A stretch of DNA of 64,000 nt from Hydrolagus affinis (Eukaryota): positions 1 through 64,000 of the forward strand of contig JAAILG010001131.1 in assembly GCA_012026655.1 (NCBI GenBank), given 5' to 3'. Numbering within the stretch: the stretch's first letter is position 1; each line of letters starts with the position of its first letter. A program made the translations under genes and the position numbers. The notes under the pieces are model-generated. The model was given only the letters and a program-made list of their open reading frames with translations. It did no database searches and was not told the DNA's origin. This document shows, piece by piece, positions 49,277-62,000 of this stretch.

Positions 49277-51207
49277 GGTTCTAAAGCAGAATGTTCCCTA
49301 TCTGGTTATCTGGAGATTGTAGCTAGCGATTTCCTTTTATTTATTTATAAAATTGCTTTTTTTTTAACAATTAACCATTAATTCGTCTCGCTTTGCGTGT
49401 GAACCACTGGCGTACATTTTCAGTGTCATATGATCTATTAGTAATTGCCGCAGGATTTCAATGCGGCACCTCCTTGTTTCTGGAGTTTTCCGTACAGCAT
49501 CAATTATAAACCTTTCTGGGTATTTCCCTCCTTTCTGATGTACAACGCCACCGGTTTGTGATCCTGTATATGCAGCGATCACGAAATTAGATTTAATCTG
49601 CTGTCATTGTGTTTTTTTTTGGCAACATTTGAGTGACATTGGGCTTTGGAACTAGCCGCCCTGTTGCACACACACACACACACATATATATACACAGTAT
49701 CAGTGGTTGCTCTTGCGAGAGAGGGAAGGGAGCCAGTTGCCACACCGACACTTACACAATACAATTGCGGAATCATAAACAACACCGTTAACAGCAGCTT
49801 CCCCAACTTGGATGCTGCAGCCGAAACTTATTATTAAACACATCCTTTCTTTCCTGATCTTGAAACCATCAATACATATATATTCCTTAGAATTTTATTC
49901 TACACAATTATGTTCACATCGGAAAGGAGATCCTGCCTGCTGGCCTGACGTATATCTAGAAATTATTTTAATTTTATCACGTGGGTGAGGTCAACGTGTG
50001 CACAATCCAGCCACCAGCAACCAATCTAAACCAGTGAGAAACTCAGGGCCATGAGAGGAGGAGCGGATAATGGCAAAAAAAACATGCAAGAACGAACAAT
50101 CGAGTGCATTTCTATGGCAACTCAACCCATTTCAAATATTTATATATAGTTTGTGGCACAGAGATGTGGGCGCATTTATTCATAGATGCTCTCCACCATT
50201 TTAGCAACTGAACACTGATTGCACAGTATACACAAAGATGCAGAATAGCGACTGTTTGTGTTTTTTTTAAAATATATAGGAATGTACAATTGTCGACCCA
50301 ACATCTGGGAAGAAAAATGGGTTAACGTGTCGTGAGATCTTTCAGCACTTCTGGTTGAAGATTTTATTGAAAATATTAACTTATTTTTCTCCTTCAATTG
50401 CTGTCTGGCCATCTGCTATACATTTCCATCAGTTCAATTTCAGATTTCCAGAATTCATGGGTTTTGTTTTTATCCTTAAACCATAACATTATGGTCTCAT
50501 TGCCCGTTATCACTGTGAACTATGGGATTCAGGTTCGAGTCTCCCGTTATAGTCAAATCTGACACTCCAATGCACTGTTGGGATATGCTACAGGTTGAGC
50601 TGCCATCCTTCAGTTAAGATGTTAAACAAACTAAACCAAATTCTTTATGCCACAATTATTCATAGTTTTACCCAAATGAAAACTATGGCATTAGAATTTA
50701 CAAGTGTTTCAGATTACATAGTAAATATGAGGATATCTCTGAGATTTAAAGGAATGCATGGCCTTACTACAAATACTGAAGGACTGGACAGTGTAAGTAG
50801 GACCACAAGAGATCAAGAGGTTGGGTGGAGCTCAGAATATCATTTCCTATGATTCAATGCAATTCCAATGGTTGTCAGTAAGATTGAATGCAGATATTGA
50901 GAGATATTGAATTGCATAAAAAACATTGCCTTGTTCCATCACTGCCTGTTTACTTACTAGCTTCATTGGCAAAGTACTGCACCGGTACTTACCAGTTGCA
51001 TCGAATTACGCAAGCATAATTACATAGATTATTGATTAAATCAGATCATTGTACGATTTACAAAAGTTGGCCTGTAACTTGGGACCTCCAGCAAGTCATA
51101 TTAAATTTTATGGCCCTGACTGCTGTGAGTTATGTGAGTTACACTGTGTAACTACTGAAATATTGCTTTCCAAAACTATACAAACTGCAACGCTCTATAC
51201 AGTAATA

Positions 51208-51455
51208 TTATATTATGAATCCTTGCACTTTTCATATCTTCTAGACGTCTCAAAGCTCGTCACAGAATATACTGTAATGTGAATTCACTGTAAATTTGTG
51301 GGCAAAACTCAGTAGCCACAAACAATTGTGCATTGAAGTAACCACTTTAGAATTTTTTTCTTGACAAGATTATTATCAGGCGTGCTTTGCCATGCTGGGA
51401 ATCCAACCCAGGTCTCTTGCTTGTGAGGCGAGTACTCTGATCACTGAGCTACAGC
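51208..51455 (-). mobile_element. tRNA-derived SINE
   Basis: Reverse complement of head and tail, with internal deletions. Confidence 0.82.
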
Positions 51456-51959
51456 TGGATATTAAATGGTTTCAGGGTTCGGAATCTTTGGACACAATAA
51501 CTGACACAGCCAATTGACATTTTCTTGATAATTAATCAGAAAGTAAAGCAATAAAGTCCTGGCAATGACAATTATGTTTAAAATGAAGTTCAGTGCCAGT
51601 CATTCCAAATAAACCCTTTTAAAATGCATTTTCTAGAAGATAATGAATGAAAATTCCTAATTTCTCCATCTAAAATGCCCAATATTTAATATTTTCAAAT
51701 GGAGGAAAGCTAGCATGAAGTCTTCAAAGTCTGATGAAGGTCAGACAAGGTAGTGAACAACTCTCAAATTACATTCACTCATTGCTAGCTTTTAATCTGA
51801 CACAGTACTATAGGTCAAAAATGATTGTGCTTTGACGGCATATTTGTAGGTGAACCTGGCAGTCATACACTATTGTCCTGAAGTAACTGCAGCCATGAAG
51901 TAAATGGCAATATTTATCTGGAGATGTTAACTAGGACAAAGTCCATTCTGTTTGAATAG

Positions 51960-52065
51960 TCTAATAGGATCTTTAAAGTCCACCTGAATAGGCAGACTGG
52001 CTTTGTCATAACATTTCATTGAAAGGATGACACCTAGAAGAAAGCAGAACTTTTCCAGCACTGCA
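51960..52065 (-). mobile_element. Ancient Deu-domain SINE remnant (AmnSINE/SacSINE-like)
   Basis: ggatctttaaagtccacctgaataggcagac...gaaaggatgacacct...cagcactgca resembles the reverse complement of the Deu domain as I recall it. Confidence 0.5.
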
Positions 52066-52370
52066 ATAGTACAACAATGATACCAACGAAGAGTGAACTG
52101 AAAAAAGACTGACTAAAGGATCTGTATGTACAAGAGTGGGCTGACATTAGGCAATTGTCATTTAATACAGACAAATGCAGAGTGACAAGACAAATGGTGG
52201 GAACATAAATTAAACAACATCACTCCAAAGAACAGTGAAATTACTAGTGGGAATATGACATTAAATAGTGACAATATGACACGATGGGCCAAGTGGCTTT
52301 TTTCTTTAATACAATTGACTGTATATACACAGGATCAAGGTAAGCATCAGCACAGTGTTCAGTGTAAGTA

Positions 52371-52891
52371 ACAACAAAATGACATTTATAGAGCACCTTT
52401 CACGTTGGGAGCTGAACAGTTAGGTCGGGACCCAAGATGGAGGGTGGTAGGGGTGGGGGGGTGGGTCGGGATAGGGGGGAAGGAGAGTAGGGAGAGTTAG
52501 GAAGGGAGCAGAAGGCACAGTCGAAGAGAAAGGTCTTGAGAACAGCCTTGAAGGAGGAAAGGGAGTAGGCAAGGCGAAGGGAATGCGGGATGGAGTTCCC
52601 AAGTGTGGGGGCAGAGAGGCTGAAAGCCCGGCTGATGATAGGCAGTTCGGGCGGGGGACACGGAGCAGCCCAGAGCGCGGAGGTGAACGGAGGTGACGGA
52701 GGGCAGACTGATAGGGAGACAGCAGGTCGGAGAGATAGGCGGGGGCAAGGCCATGAATGGCCTTGAAAGTGAGGACGAGGATCTTGAATTCGACCCTCTG
52801 CAAGATGGGAAGCCAGTGGAGACGTGCGAGGATGGGAACGATGTGGTCGCGGAGCCTAGTGCGGGAAAGTACACGAGCTGTGGAGTTCTGA
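52371..52891 (-). mobile_element. L2 LINE 3' portion (ORF2 C-terminus, 3'UTR, tail)
   Basis: Minus strand ...QRVEFKILVLTFKAIHGLAPAYLSDLLSPYQ...LRS..SGLLRVP, typical of the L2 ORF2 end; frameshifted. Confidence 0.92.
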
Positions 52892-55800
52892 ATAATACGT
52901 TACGAGTGAAAGCAAGATTTTGAGGACATAGTTAAAGCAATAGAACACATAGGAAGTGAAACCAAACTCATACAGAACCCTGATCCAGCATTATGTGCTT
53001 CTGAACTATCTGCATTGTACTGAAAAAAAGCTCATCAAGGCGCACACAATACTGGGAATAACAGGTAAAATGTTTATTAGGAGCAATACCACTGATTGCT
53101 TAATCTGGTGCTCTATGACACTAAGCAGACAACAATTCTGTGTACCAATTCTGTGTTCTTTCTTTTAGAATGTTGACAATTTTCATTTATGTTTTTATAA
53201 TTAGAAGTACAGTAGTTTCTCTTGTGAGTCTCCTGTACTTTCCATGGTTAGTTCCAGCCTTAACTCTTCGTTGCAAATGTACATTTTTGGGCAGGAGATA
53301 GAGCAATTCCTACACTATAGACAAAAATGAGTAGGGAGCACAGAATATAAAATGCAAAGTGGAATTGGCAGCTGCAGACCCAGGCACCATTTGTACTAAG
53401 CTGTGCATGTATTGGTCCCAATACGAAGCCTACGCCAATTAGCATTTAATGATGGGACCAATTTAGAATTCAACCTATTGTAACTGAGGTCAAATTTGGG
53501 CAGATTCCTGATTAGAACATTCCATGTAGAGGCTACACGATACTCCGTATTTATTACTTGATTTGCTCTGTAACTTTAATGTAGGGTGTCGATGCTAACA
53601 TTATTTTTTAAACCACAAAATCGTTATGTCGCTGACAGGACAGTGATAACAAGGCCGTTCAATCTTGAGACATATACTAAGTAATTTATTAGTCTGCAAG
53701 TATAATGTAACTATTCTTCATTATTGTCAAATAAATGGGTCTAGTTTGGCAAAATACAAAGAACGCAAAGGAAACACATCCTTTCCTTAGAATCCGAATA
53801 CTGTTCCCGAGCAAAAATGCCTAAAAAACTGCAGACAAAATACGTAAACTGAAGGGAATTGAAACGATAGCGCCATATTTTCCCTTCCTTCTGCCTCCGA
53901 CTGTAATCCGACTCCAGCTGCTGACGTCGTGTCTTTTAACGACGCCTCTGTAATGGCTCCGACTGCAATCTCCTAATTTTAGTTTACCAAATACACACAC
54001 AAAAAAAATCCATCGATTCCACGGCAGTAAACATACAGCGATGTAGTTCGATTTATGTCAACGCCTTCCTAACAAATCCTACGCCGTTACAAAAATAGTA
54101 CCAATCTAAAGATACTCTGACACCGAGTGTAAACACGCCCCATGAATATTGCAGTACCAGGTGAATTATCTCCATGATCTGCCCTTTGTTTCACAACCCG
54201 TTGGTCTACTTGGCCGGTTTCCCCCCTGAAGCGTTTAAGGTTCTAGATCTTTGCTATCTTCAAACCCTTTTGTCCCCTCCCCCAATGTATTCATCTCGTT
54301 CTCTGTTGGGGGAGGGGTGGGAACTGGCTTATTTGCATTTCAAGATGGTATTAACATACGCTTTCAGCATTAAATATGGAAAAGACAACATACACTAACC
54401 ACCGCAAGCACTTTCACATTCCACATTAATTGCTTTAAGATTTCTTTGTATTTCTATAAGTATTTCCTGACTTTTTTTTTATAAACCCTAAATATTGACA
54501 ATATTGCCATTGAGAGAATGTAGGAAACAAACCACAATTCAAAAATTCTAAACCTCACCAGGAATGATATCCATCTAAATATGCATATATAAGGGTTATT
54601 GTTAAGTAACGGTTGCTCTGGAAGCAGAAACAAAATAAACGGTAAACGTTGACTTATAGAATAACTTTTTTTTAAATGCTTCGGAGAAAGAGACATGAAG
54701 AAGTTTTCTTTCACTGATCGTCATTAAATGCACAACGATGCCTAGCTTCAAATGCGTTTTCAATGACTGCAAATCTACAGCTCGTTTAAGAAAAAGGCTG
54801 ACATTTTATTAACAGCTTTTCTCCGCAGATTACCAAGCAACCGTAACCAGGCAACTTCAGCTGAGCCTAAAAGATAGGAGTCCCTTATTGAAAACCTTTT
54901 TGAACATGGAGAGCGGCCAAAATATACTTCATGTCCATGTTAACATTTATTTTCATCCCATAAAAATAGTACGACTTTCAAATACAGGATGCAAAATTTA
55001 TCTGTTGCTCCAATGCTCAAAATGTAAAAGCCTAGTCTTGTTCTGTTAGAAATGTGAACTGGAATCCAAATGAATTCTCGTTTTTAACAGAACAAAACCA
55101 AATGGATTACTTTAAATACACACCAGCACTAAACCGTTGGATCGCAATACTGTAACTACATTTAGACAAACGACGCAATCTGGAGGCTCATTTACATGTT
55201 TGTGTGTGGGGGGGGAGGGGGAGAGAGAGAGGGTCCTGACACTTTCTCTGGATTAATAATTATCCTTAGTAAACATGTGAATATGAGAAAAACATTCCGG
55301 TCACATTGCAACCTGCCCGGTGAACCATAATATGAGTTTTTGGTGTGGCTGGCAACATAACTTGTCAATTAATTTAAAAATAAAAGTATATTTCATGAAT
55401 TGAGTTTCTTCCTTGCACAAATTACAGGACATCCTCCACTGGATGGAGTATAATGTTGATTAAACACGCATTTAAAATGTAATGAAACACAATGCTCGTG
55501 TATAATTACAGCTTTATTTTAATAACTCAAGACGTAGAGTTGCAGTTCATATCCACACTTTGGGGGGATTTTTTTTAAAGTTAGATATACGTGGCAGATT
55601 AAATTGTGCCATACATCCTTTGACAGGTAAAATACATGTTTCTAATACCAAATCTGTGGTTTGCTGCTGGGAATGGGATCCGCCATTTTACTCACGCTGA
55701 GCAGCACACGCCACGCTCAGCATCTCTTTCTATCTCAATATTCTTGTTACTTCCAATACAACATCTCTCTTTGTATCCTGTAATTCTACACCCGACCTGT

Positions 55801-56819
55801 CTTGTGTGTCTGTGCTGATGCTTCGCGAAAAATAAAAACTTTTCAAATTTAGCAACTGGCATCAATGTAATTTTTTTTAAAAAAACACATTTACAAATTT
55901 CACTCCAGATGAGAAGCAAAATTCGATGCTTTGGCCAAGTCTCTGCGTTCTCGGAATGTATAAACAACGCGTGTGAAAACGCACTCAATGCCAACCCAAT
56001 AGTCGCATTTCAAGATCGGTATTTTATCGGCAATATATATTTCACATCACCCCGAAGGTGTGAGTTCAAGACACGAGTTTGTTCTCTAGTAGGAGAAACA
56101 CTGCATAGTAAATCTGCCCATGCATGGATTTCCTTAACCTCCCCACCACCTCCCCCAAACATGAAGAACATGCAGTTTATTTGCTCTGATCTCAAATTAG
56201 CGCCAGTTTGGACCTTTGGTATCAGTGAACTTGTTGTGTTGTGCTCCCCCCTCCCCCAGCCCAGTTTCCCACAGACAGCTCGGTCCTCCATTGCAGCTCC
56301 CATGTGTCTAAAACACACTCAGACTTTCACATCCTTCTCTCCAGGGGCCGGGCTTTCAAACCCACCACAATAATCACACACGAAATGATCACAAACTTTA
56401 CGGGGGGTTGTTTTTTTTAACAAAAAGGAAAGAAAAGACCCACGCAGAAGCACACAAGTGCTGTAGATCAGATCAAATTTGGACCGAACTCAATCACCGA
56501 GGCAAACATGAAACAGTTTAATTGTTTTGCATTTAATTAAGAGATTCTCTCCCCCCCCCCACCCCCCCATACCCTCAATGGTCTGTATGGAAACGACTGT
56601 TGGGAGCTGAACAAGCCCCTGAGATTGCAGCTATACCACATACAACAATAGGAATATGTATTTGTTTGTTAACCAGCCAGCGACCTCCCTCTTTCCCTCC
56701 GACAGAGTAAAAGAGCGATGTGAAGTTTAAACAGCAGCGAGTGTGAGCTCTGAAAGGTGAAATAAACCAGCTCCTCATCTCAAACACAATGAGCGGAGCT
56801 TGTTGCAGTGAAGCAGGAA

Positions 56820-57960
56820 CTGGCACTTTCTCGGGTTTCGATCAGCTTCGAGCGGGCGGGCGGCCCGGCCCCAGGTCCCGGCCCGCACTCTCACAATAAC
56901 AGCCCAGACTCCCCCCCCCCCACACACACACACACACACGCTCTCCACACAAACCTCTCAGTGTAAAACTCACCGTTTAAAATGCTCGATAATTTTATCT
57001 TCGCGCACATTTTCCGGTAAATTCCCCACCCAGAGGTGCCTGGTCTCCCGTGCCATCCTTTAGCGAGTCATCGGGGCTTCCTTTTGTCAGTGAAAGTCTA
57101 GGGGGGGAGGGAGGAGGAGGAGGGGGGGTGGGGTAGTGGTGGTGGGGGGAGGTGGGGGGGGGGGGGAGGTAGAAAAGGGAGGAAGGGGGGTACAAACTCC
57201 TCTCAGTCCAGTCCGGGGTTAATCCTTGAGGTAAAAATTCCCACCATTAGGTAACGCACACTCTCTGGCTCGCGCCGCCCGACCTGACGCGGGTTTTTTT
57301 TTCCTCGAGACGCTTCACAGTTCGTCCCAGGCGGACCACAGACAAGTATTGCGCCTGCGCGGAAGCGGCTGGCTCTCCCCGCGCGCGAGCGCAGGCGCCA
57401 CGGGAAGGGAAGGAGAGGGGGGGAAGGAAAGAAAAAAACCCGCCTTCGCTTCCAGCCCAGGTTCAGCGGGGTACGCATGCGCGGAGACCACACCACCACT
57501 CCACCCCGCGGAGGGGGAGAGGAGGAGGGAAATGTTTGAGCCGCGCGACTGCGCAGTCGTGGATTCCGACCTTCCCCCCCCACCCACTTTCCGACAACGG
57601 CTCACCAAAGCCAGTTTGTGTGACCTGACTGCGCACGCGCGGAAAATGCGGCATGCATTCACTCCACTCGCCTGGAGTCACTGGCGGCGTTTAGGAGTGC
57701 GCACGCGCAGCCGCGGCGATTACGTGTGTGGAGGGATGGGTTTCCCCTCTCTCTTTCGAGCGGGCGATTAACTGCGCAGGCGTGAGGAGCGGGCGCAAAG
57801 CTGCGCATGGGCAGAGAGAGAGAGAGGAGGGGAGAGGGGTTGGGATTCCCGGCTAGTGCGCAGGTGCCGAGCTTCATTCCACCCCCCCGCAGTGGGTGTC
57901 TTGTGTGAGAGGAAAGTTCTGGAATAAAAAGCTGCTGTCGGCGCGGGAGGAGCTGGATGA
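56820..57960. promoter_or_regulatory. CpG island / SPEN promoter and 5'UTR
   Basis: Sharp rise in GC and CpG around exon 1, with several GCGCANGCGC-like (NRF1-type) motifs. Confidence 0.85.
56974..57056 (-). CDS. SPEN: SPEN exon 1 (coding part, start codon; RRM1 N-term)
   Basis: Minus strand reads aggATGGCACGG..., translating to MARETRHLWVGNLPENVREDKIIEHFKR (SPEN N-terminus). Donor AAACG|gtgagt. 83 nt coding. Confidence 0.97.
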
Positions 57961-58942
57961 ATAAAAAGAGAGAAGGAGGAATCTTGAGAAATTTATAACA
58001 ACCTCAGGAAATTTCCACTATTTTCACTCTTTTTTCAAAACAAAGAATTCAGAGTTTTTTTTTACCAAAAAAAACACCACCGAGCTAAATACTTTTTTTT
58101 TAATCCGCAAGAAAAAAACTGGAATGTTATTAGGAACCGATTATTTGGGAAGATGATAAAATGCTCTCTCACACACTCTTCTATGAACGGACGGGGGGCA
58201 AAAAAAAATGAAAAAAGGGACAAAAAAAAACACACTGAGGAGATACGACTCTTCGAGAACGAAACCTTCCGTGGCCAATAACTTTGTTTTGTTCTTATCG
58301 ACGGGAAAACTGCCGTGTGTTTCATGCAGAATATGGGGGTTATTTTTTAAATTTTTTCTCATCTTCTCTTCCACCCCCTTGTTCTCCACCACCCACCGGA
58401 ATTTTTTAAACCCCTTTTATTCCTCCCCTCCCCTCCCACACCCCACACACCTCGACCGCTTTCCTCCGTCCCTCACCCAACCCCACGTCCTCCTCTTCCT
58501 CTCCTCGTCCTTTCGGGCGCCATTTTAAGCCGATGGAAAGTTTCGGGAAGGTCCACCATTTTGTGCCGTGCTGTGCTCGTCTTTTTTTAAATATGTTTTT
58601 TTTAAAAAAAACCTCACCGGGAGTTACTGAGTGAGGGCTGTGCACACACACTGCCTTGGGAGAATCAAGAGACCAGATGCACGCTACTCGATGGCTTTAA
58701 AATGATTAGCGGAGTGACAGCCAATTAAAGCCATTTTGCGGGTGTATAAAGAAAGAAACATTGGCCTTTTTTTTGCTATCTGGAAGATGCCGTTTGGTTT
58801 TCAAACCACCCATATATATATATATATATATATACAAGCGCTAAATAAACACACTGGCTTTGGGTGCAGCCTTTTACAGAATCAACCGGTACAAGCTCGA
58901 TATATATATATATGTGTGTGTGTGTATATATATATAAAGGAT

Positions 58943-59042
58943 NNNNNNNNNNNNNNNNNNNNNNNNNNNNNNNNNNNNNNNNNNNNNNNNNNNNNNNNNN
59001 NNNNNNNNNNNNNNNNNNNNNNNNNNNNNNNNNNNNNNNNNN
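58943..59042. other. Assembly gap (100 N), preceded by (TA)n/(TG)n microsatellites
   Basis: Run of n. Confidence 1.
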
Positions 59043-62000
59043 ATTAGACACATAGAATGATATCATGCTGCAGTAAGTCGTGGGGGTGGGGGGGAGGAAA
59101 TGCCTGTAATGGCTCCGTATTTCTGTAGAATGGCTGTGTATGAGGCTGGAACCATAGGCATCGTGCTTTATCTGAAACCCTGCAGATCTGAATTCTGCAA
59201 AATGTGCTGCCTACATTTTTTTTGGGGGGTGGGGGGAGGGGGGGTGTATTAATGGATAGCAATCCGGTTGATTCGATAGAACTGTAGGGCTAGAATTTAA
59301 CGTGCCCTTAAATTGTTTTAGGCGTTTCCAAGAATACAAACCGAAGCGATATGCCATCCTTCTCATTTTGACGTGTCTGGGGGTGGGGGGGGGGGGTGAA
59401 TGCTGAGTGCGTCTTAAGTCTTCATCGCAATAACCTGCCACAAGTGAATTGTGTCTACCCCCTGGATTTAATAATATATGCATTATATAGCTTGTAGTTT
59501 TAAATTTGCGATCGAGTGCAAACAACTGCAGTGAATACACTGGATGCATTTCCACTGAAATTGGAGACCAACTGGTTGCTGGCTTTTAAGTAATATACTC
59601 ACTGTGTACATATATATACGATTTAATTGGAAATTGGATTCTATTCATCGCAACTGTGTATATACACTTACAAAAAAAAATCAGATTACTGAAATGGGCT
59701 GTTATAAATCCCGATTGAGGCAGCCGCAAGCATTCATCTGAATTTGAACGTCGGATTCTTACAACGCTCTGTTTTAACATGTTCTATTTGGGATTGATAC
59801 AATCAAATATTAGAGGCTCTACCTAGAATATGTAAACCATACAGTCTAATTCATTTGTTCAATTAACTGATTGTCATAAAATGGAGTGGAATTCAAGCGG
59901 ATTAGTGTTTTATCATCGATGTCCATGGAGCCCATTGTTAATCTTTTCGAATGAATATGGCTGTATAAAAACTAACAAGATCAATACATTTGAAGAGTTT
60001 GGGCGGTTCAACTGAATATTTATTAAAATCATAGCTAACATTTATTGAAGGTTAAAAGGGAACGTCCACCAAAATTGAAGAACAGCAGAGGAAGTCAAGA
60101 AAGCCCGTAGATTGTAGAAAAAGGGAAGATTGCAGGAGGCGAGGAGTTTCACACTGCAAGTCTTGGGAAAGATTAAACGAGAAGATGGTGCAGTTTTGTT
60201 ATTACAACGCAGAATAAATAAAGCACATGGTAAAATGACTTATTTCGAAATTGGGAGGAAAAGGAAACGAATTTTGGAGAGGAATGAGCGCAATGGTTGG
60301 TTTCAATAAAATGGAGTAAGAGCTTCCCGAGTTTCCTTGTAATGTTGTCCAAGAAGAACCGATATGGAAGCAGGATTCAAATGTTGACAGAACCCAACCA
60401 TCCTACGTGCAAAGTTGAGTTGTCAAGAAAATAAATTATTTGGTAAAGAGAGGAAACCAAGCTTCTTGGAAATTGTTTTAATACAAGGTAATGAGATCCA
60501 AGAATGTTAGTGGAGTAAAAGTAAATGTTAAAAGTAAATAGGTGGCAAGGGTCTAGTAGACATGAATAAACCTGCTTTATGACCTTGATTATTAATAAAT
60601 TAGTTCTCACTGCTTATACTTTTGGGTTAGCTATCTAGTTGTGGTGAATAAAGGGTAATGTGACATTTAGGAAATGACTCTTTTGTGTTGTGTCTAAATC
60701 CTGCCTTGAGGTCTTCTGGCGGCACTGCACAAAATGACATGCTCAAAATCATGTGTTTGTCCTGCTCAGTGTAGTGTGTCTGAAAGGATAGAAATGGAGA
60801 GGTGGAGTACTAGCATTAATGCACTTGATACTTGTTTGCATGTTTGGAGATCAATGTAGATTCTCTTCCTGATCTGAAGGGCTGGAGGGGAGGAAAGATC
60901 AGATGATAAAGTTGTGACTGGTAATCTATAGGATTTTTTGGCTCCAGCTAGCCTCCAAGGTTTGTCATAATTTTGAGAATAAATTATTTAATAGGGAAAT
61001 ACTGTTCCGTCTTTAAACATTGGAAATGAATACAATAAATGTTCCTGGTTACACTTTGAATGTGCTGTTTTGTAAATATCTATTACAGTACTGTAAATAA
61101 CTGGTGATCATTTGCTTGGCTGGTATTGCTAACCATGAATGATTTGACAATTGGCTACCCTCACAAATGTTTTGAGTGCTGCATTTATTTGGGAACAATT
61201 TTATTAATTACATTGTAGCTGTAACTAAACTAACAGACATGGCCGATTGGAGTAAATAAGATCACCTATTGATTCTTCAGCGAGACTGAACATTTATATG
61301 TCCCTTTCTCAACAATGACGATTACATAGAATGATACAGCACCGAAAAACAGCACGGAAACGGGTCGTTCAGCAGACCTTTGAGAACAATTGTAGATAAC
61401 TTTCACAACTTGCTCCAATCGCGTTTTGCCTAAAAACAATTTCACTTCAGTTTCTTAACCACTCTTCTTGCGATTTTCAACCTTGAAAAGTGTATCCCAT
61501 TGGTTTTCAACTCCCCCAGCCACCCAGATACTAAGGTACAAAACCTGCTATGTTCACCATTTTTTAATGTTTTTCTGAAAGCACTTCTATTTACTTCTAC
61601 CTGACTAGATAGTGTTTCTGGTTTACTTGGATCAAAGACAGGCGTGTGTTGTAGCTTATTTGAAGACAAGTTCTGCTGCCAATATCATTCAATAATTTTT
61701 AAAAACACAAACTTCATTCAGGATTTCCTTATACGGTATTTGTCCGCATGATCCCTTCATAACATGGATGATTGGAACCAATTATTGGTCTGTAAACATT
61801 GTCTTTGAGCATCAAGCTTCATGATGTGAAGGTGGTATGCTTCTTGAGGGGTTTCGTTTCATCACATACAATACTTTCTTCCTTCGAGTGTGGGTGAGAG
61901 AGGTGGAAGGTAGCATGGTGAGGATGTGATCAAAATAATTAAAATTCAAGGGTAATACTTCTTGCTTGGTGTAGTGCCATGTTTGAGACGATGTAATGCC

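Noticed and set aside
51728-51747. gtctgatgaaggtcagac, a hammerhead-like start
   Set aside because: No GAAA or downstream core; too short to call.
53948-59117. Shared 14-mer ctgtaatggctccg at 53948 and 59104
   Set aside because: Exact matches of this length are expected by chance in 64 kb.
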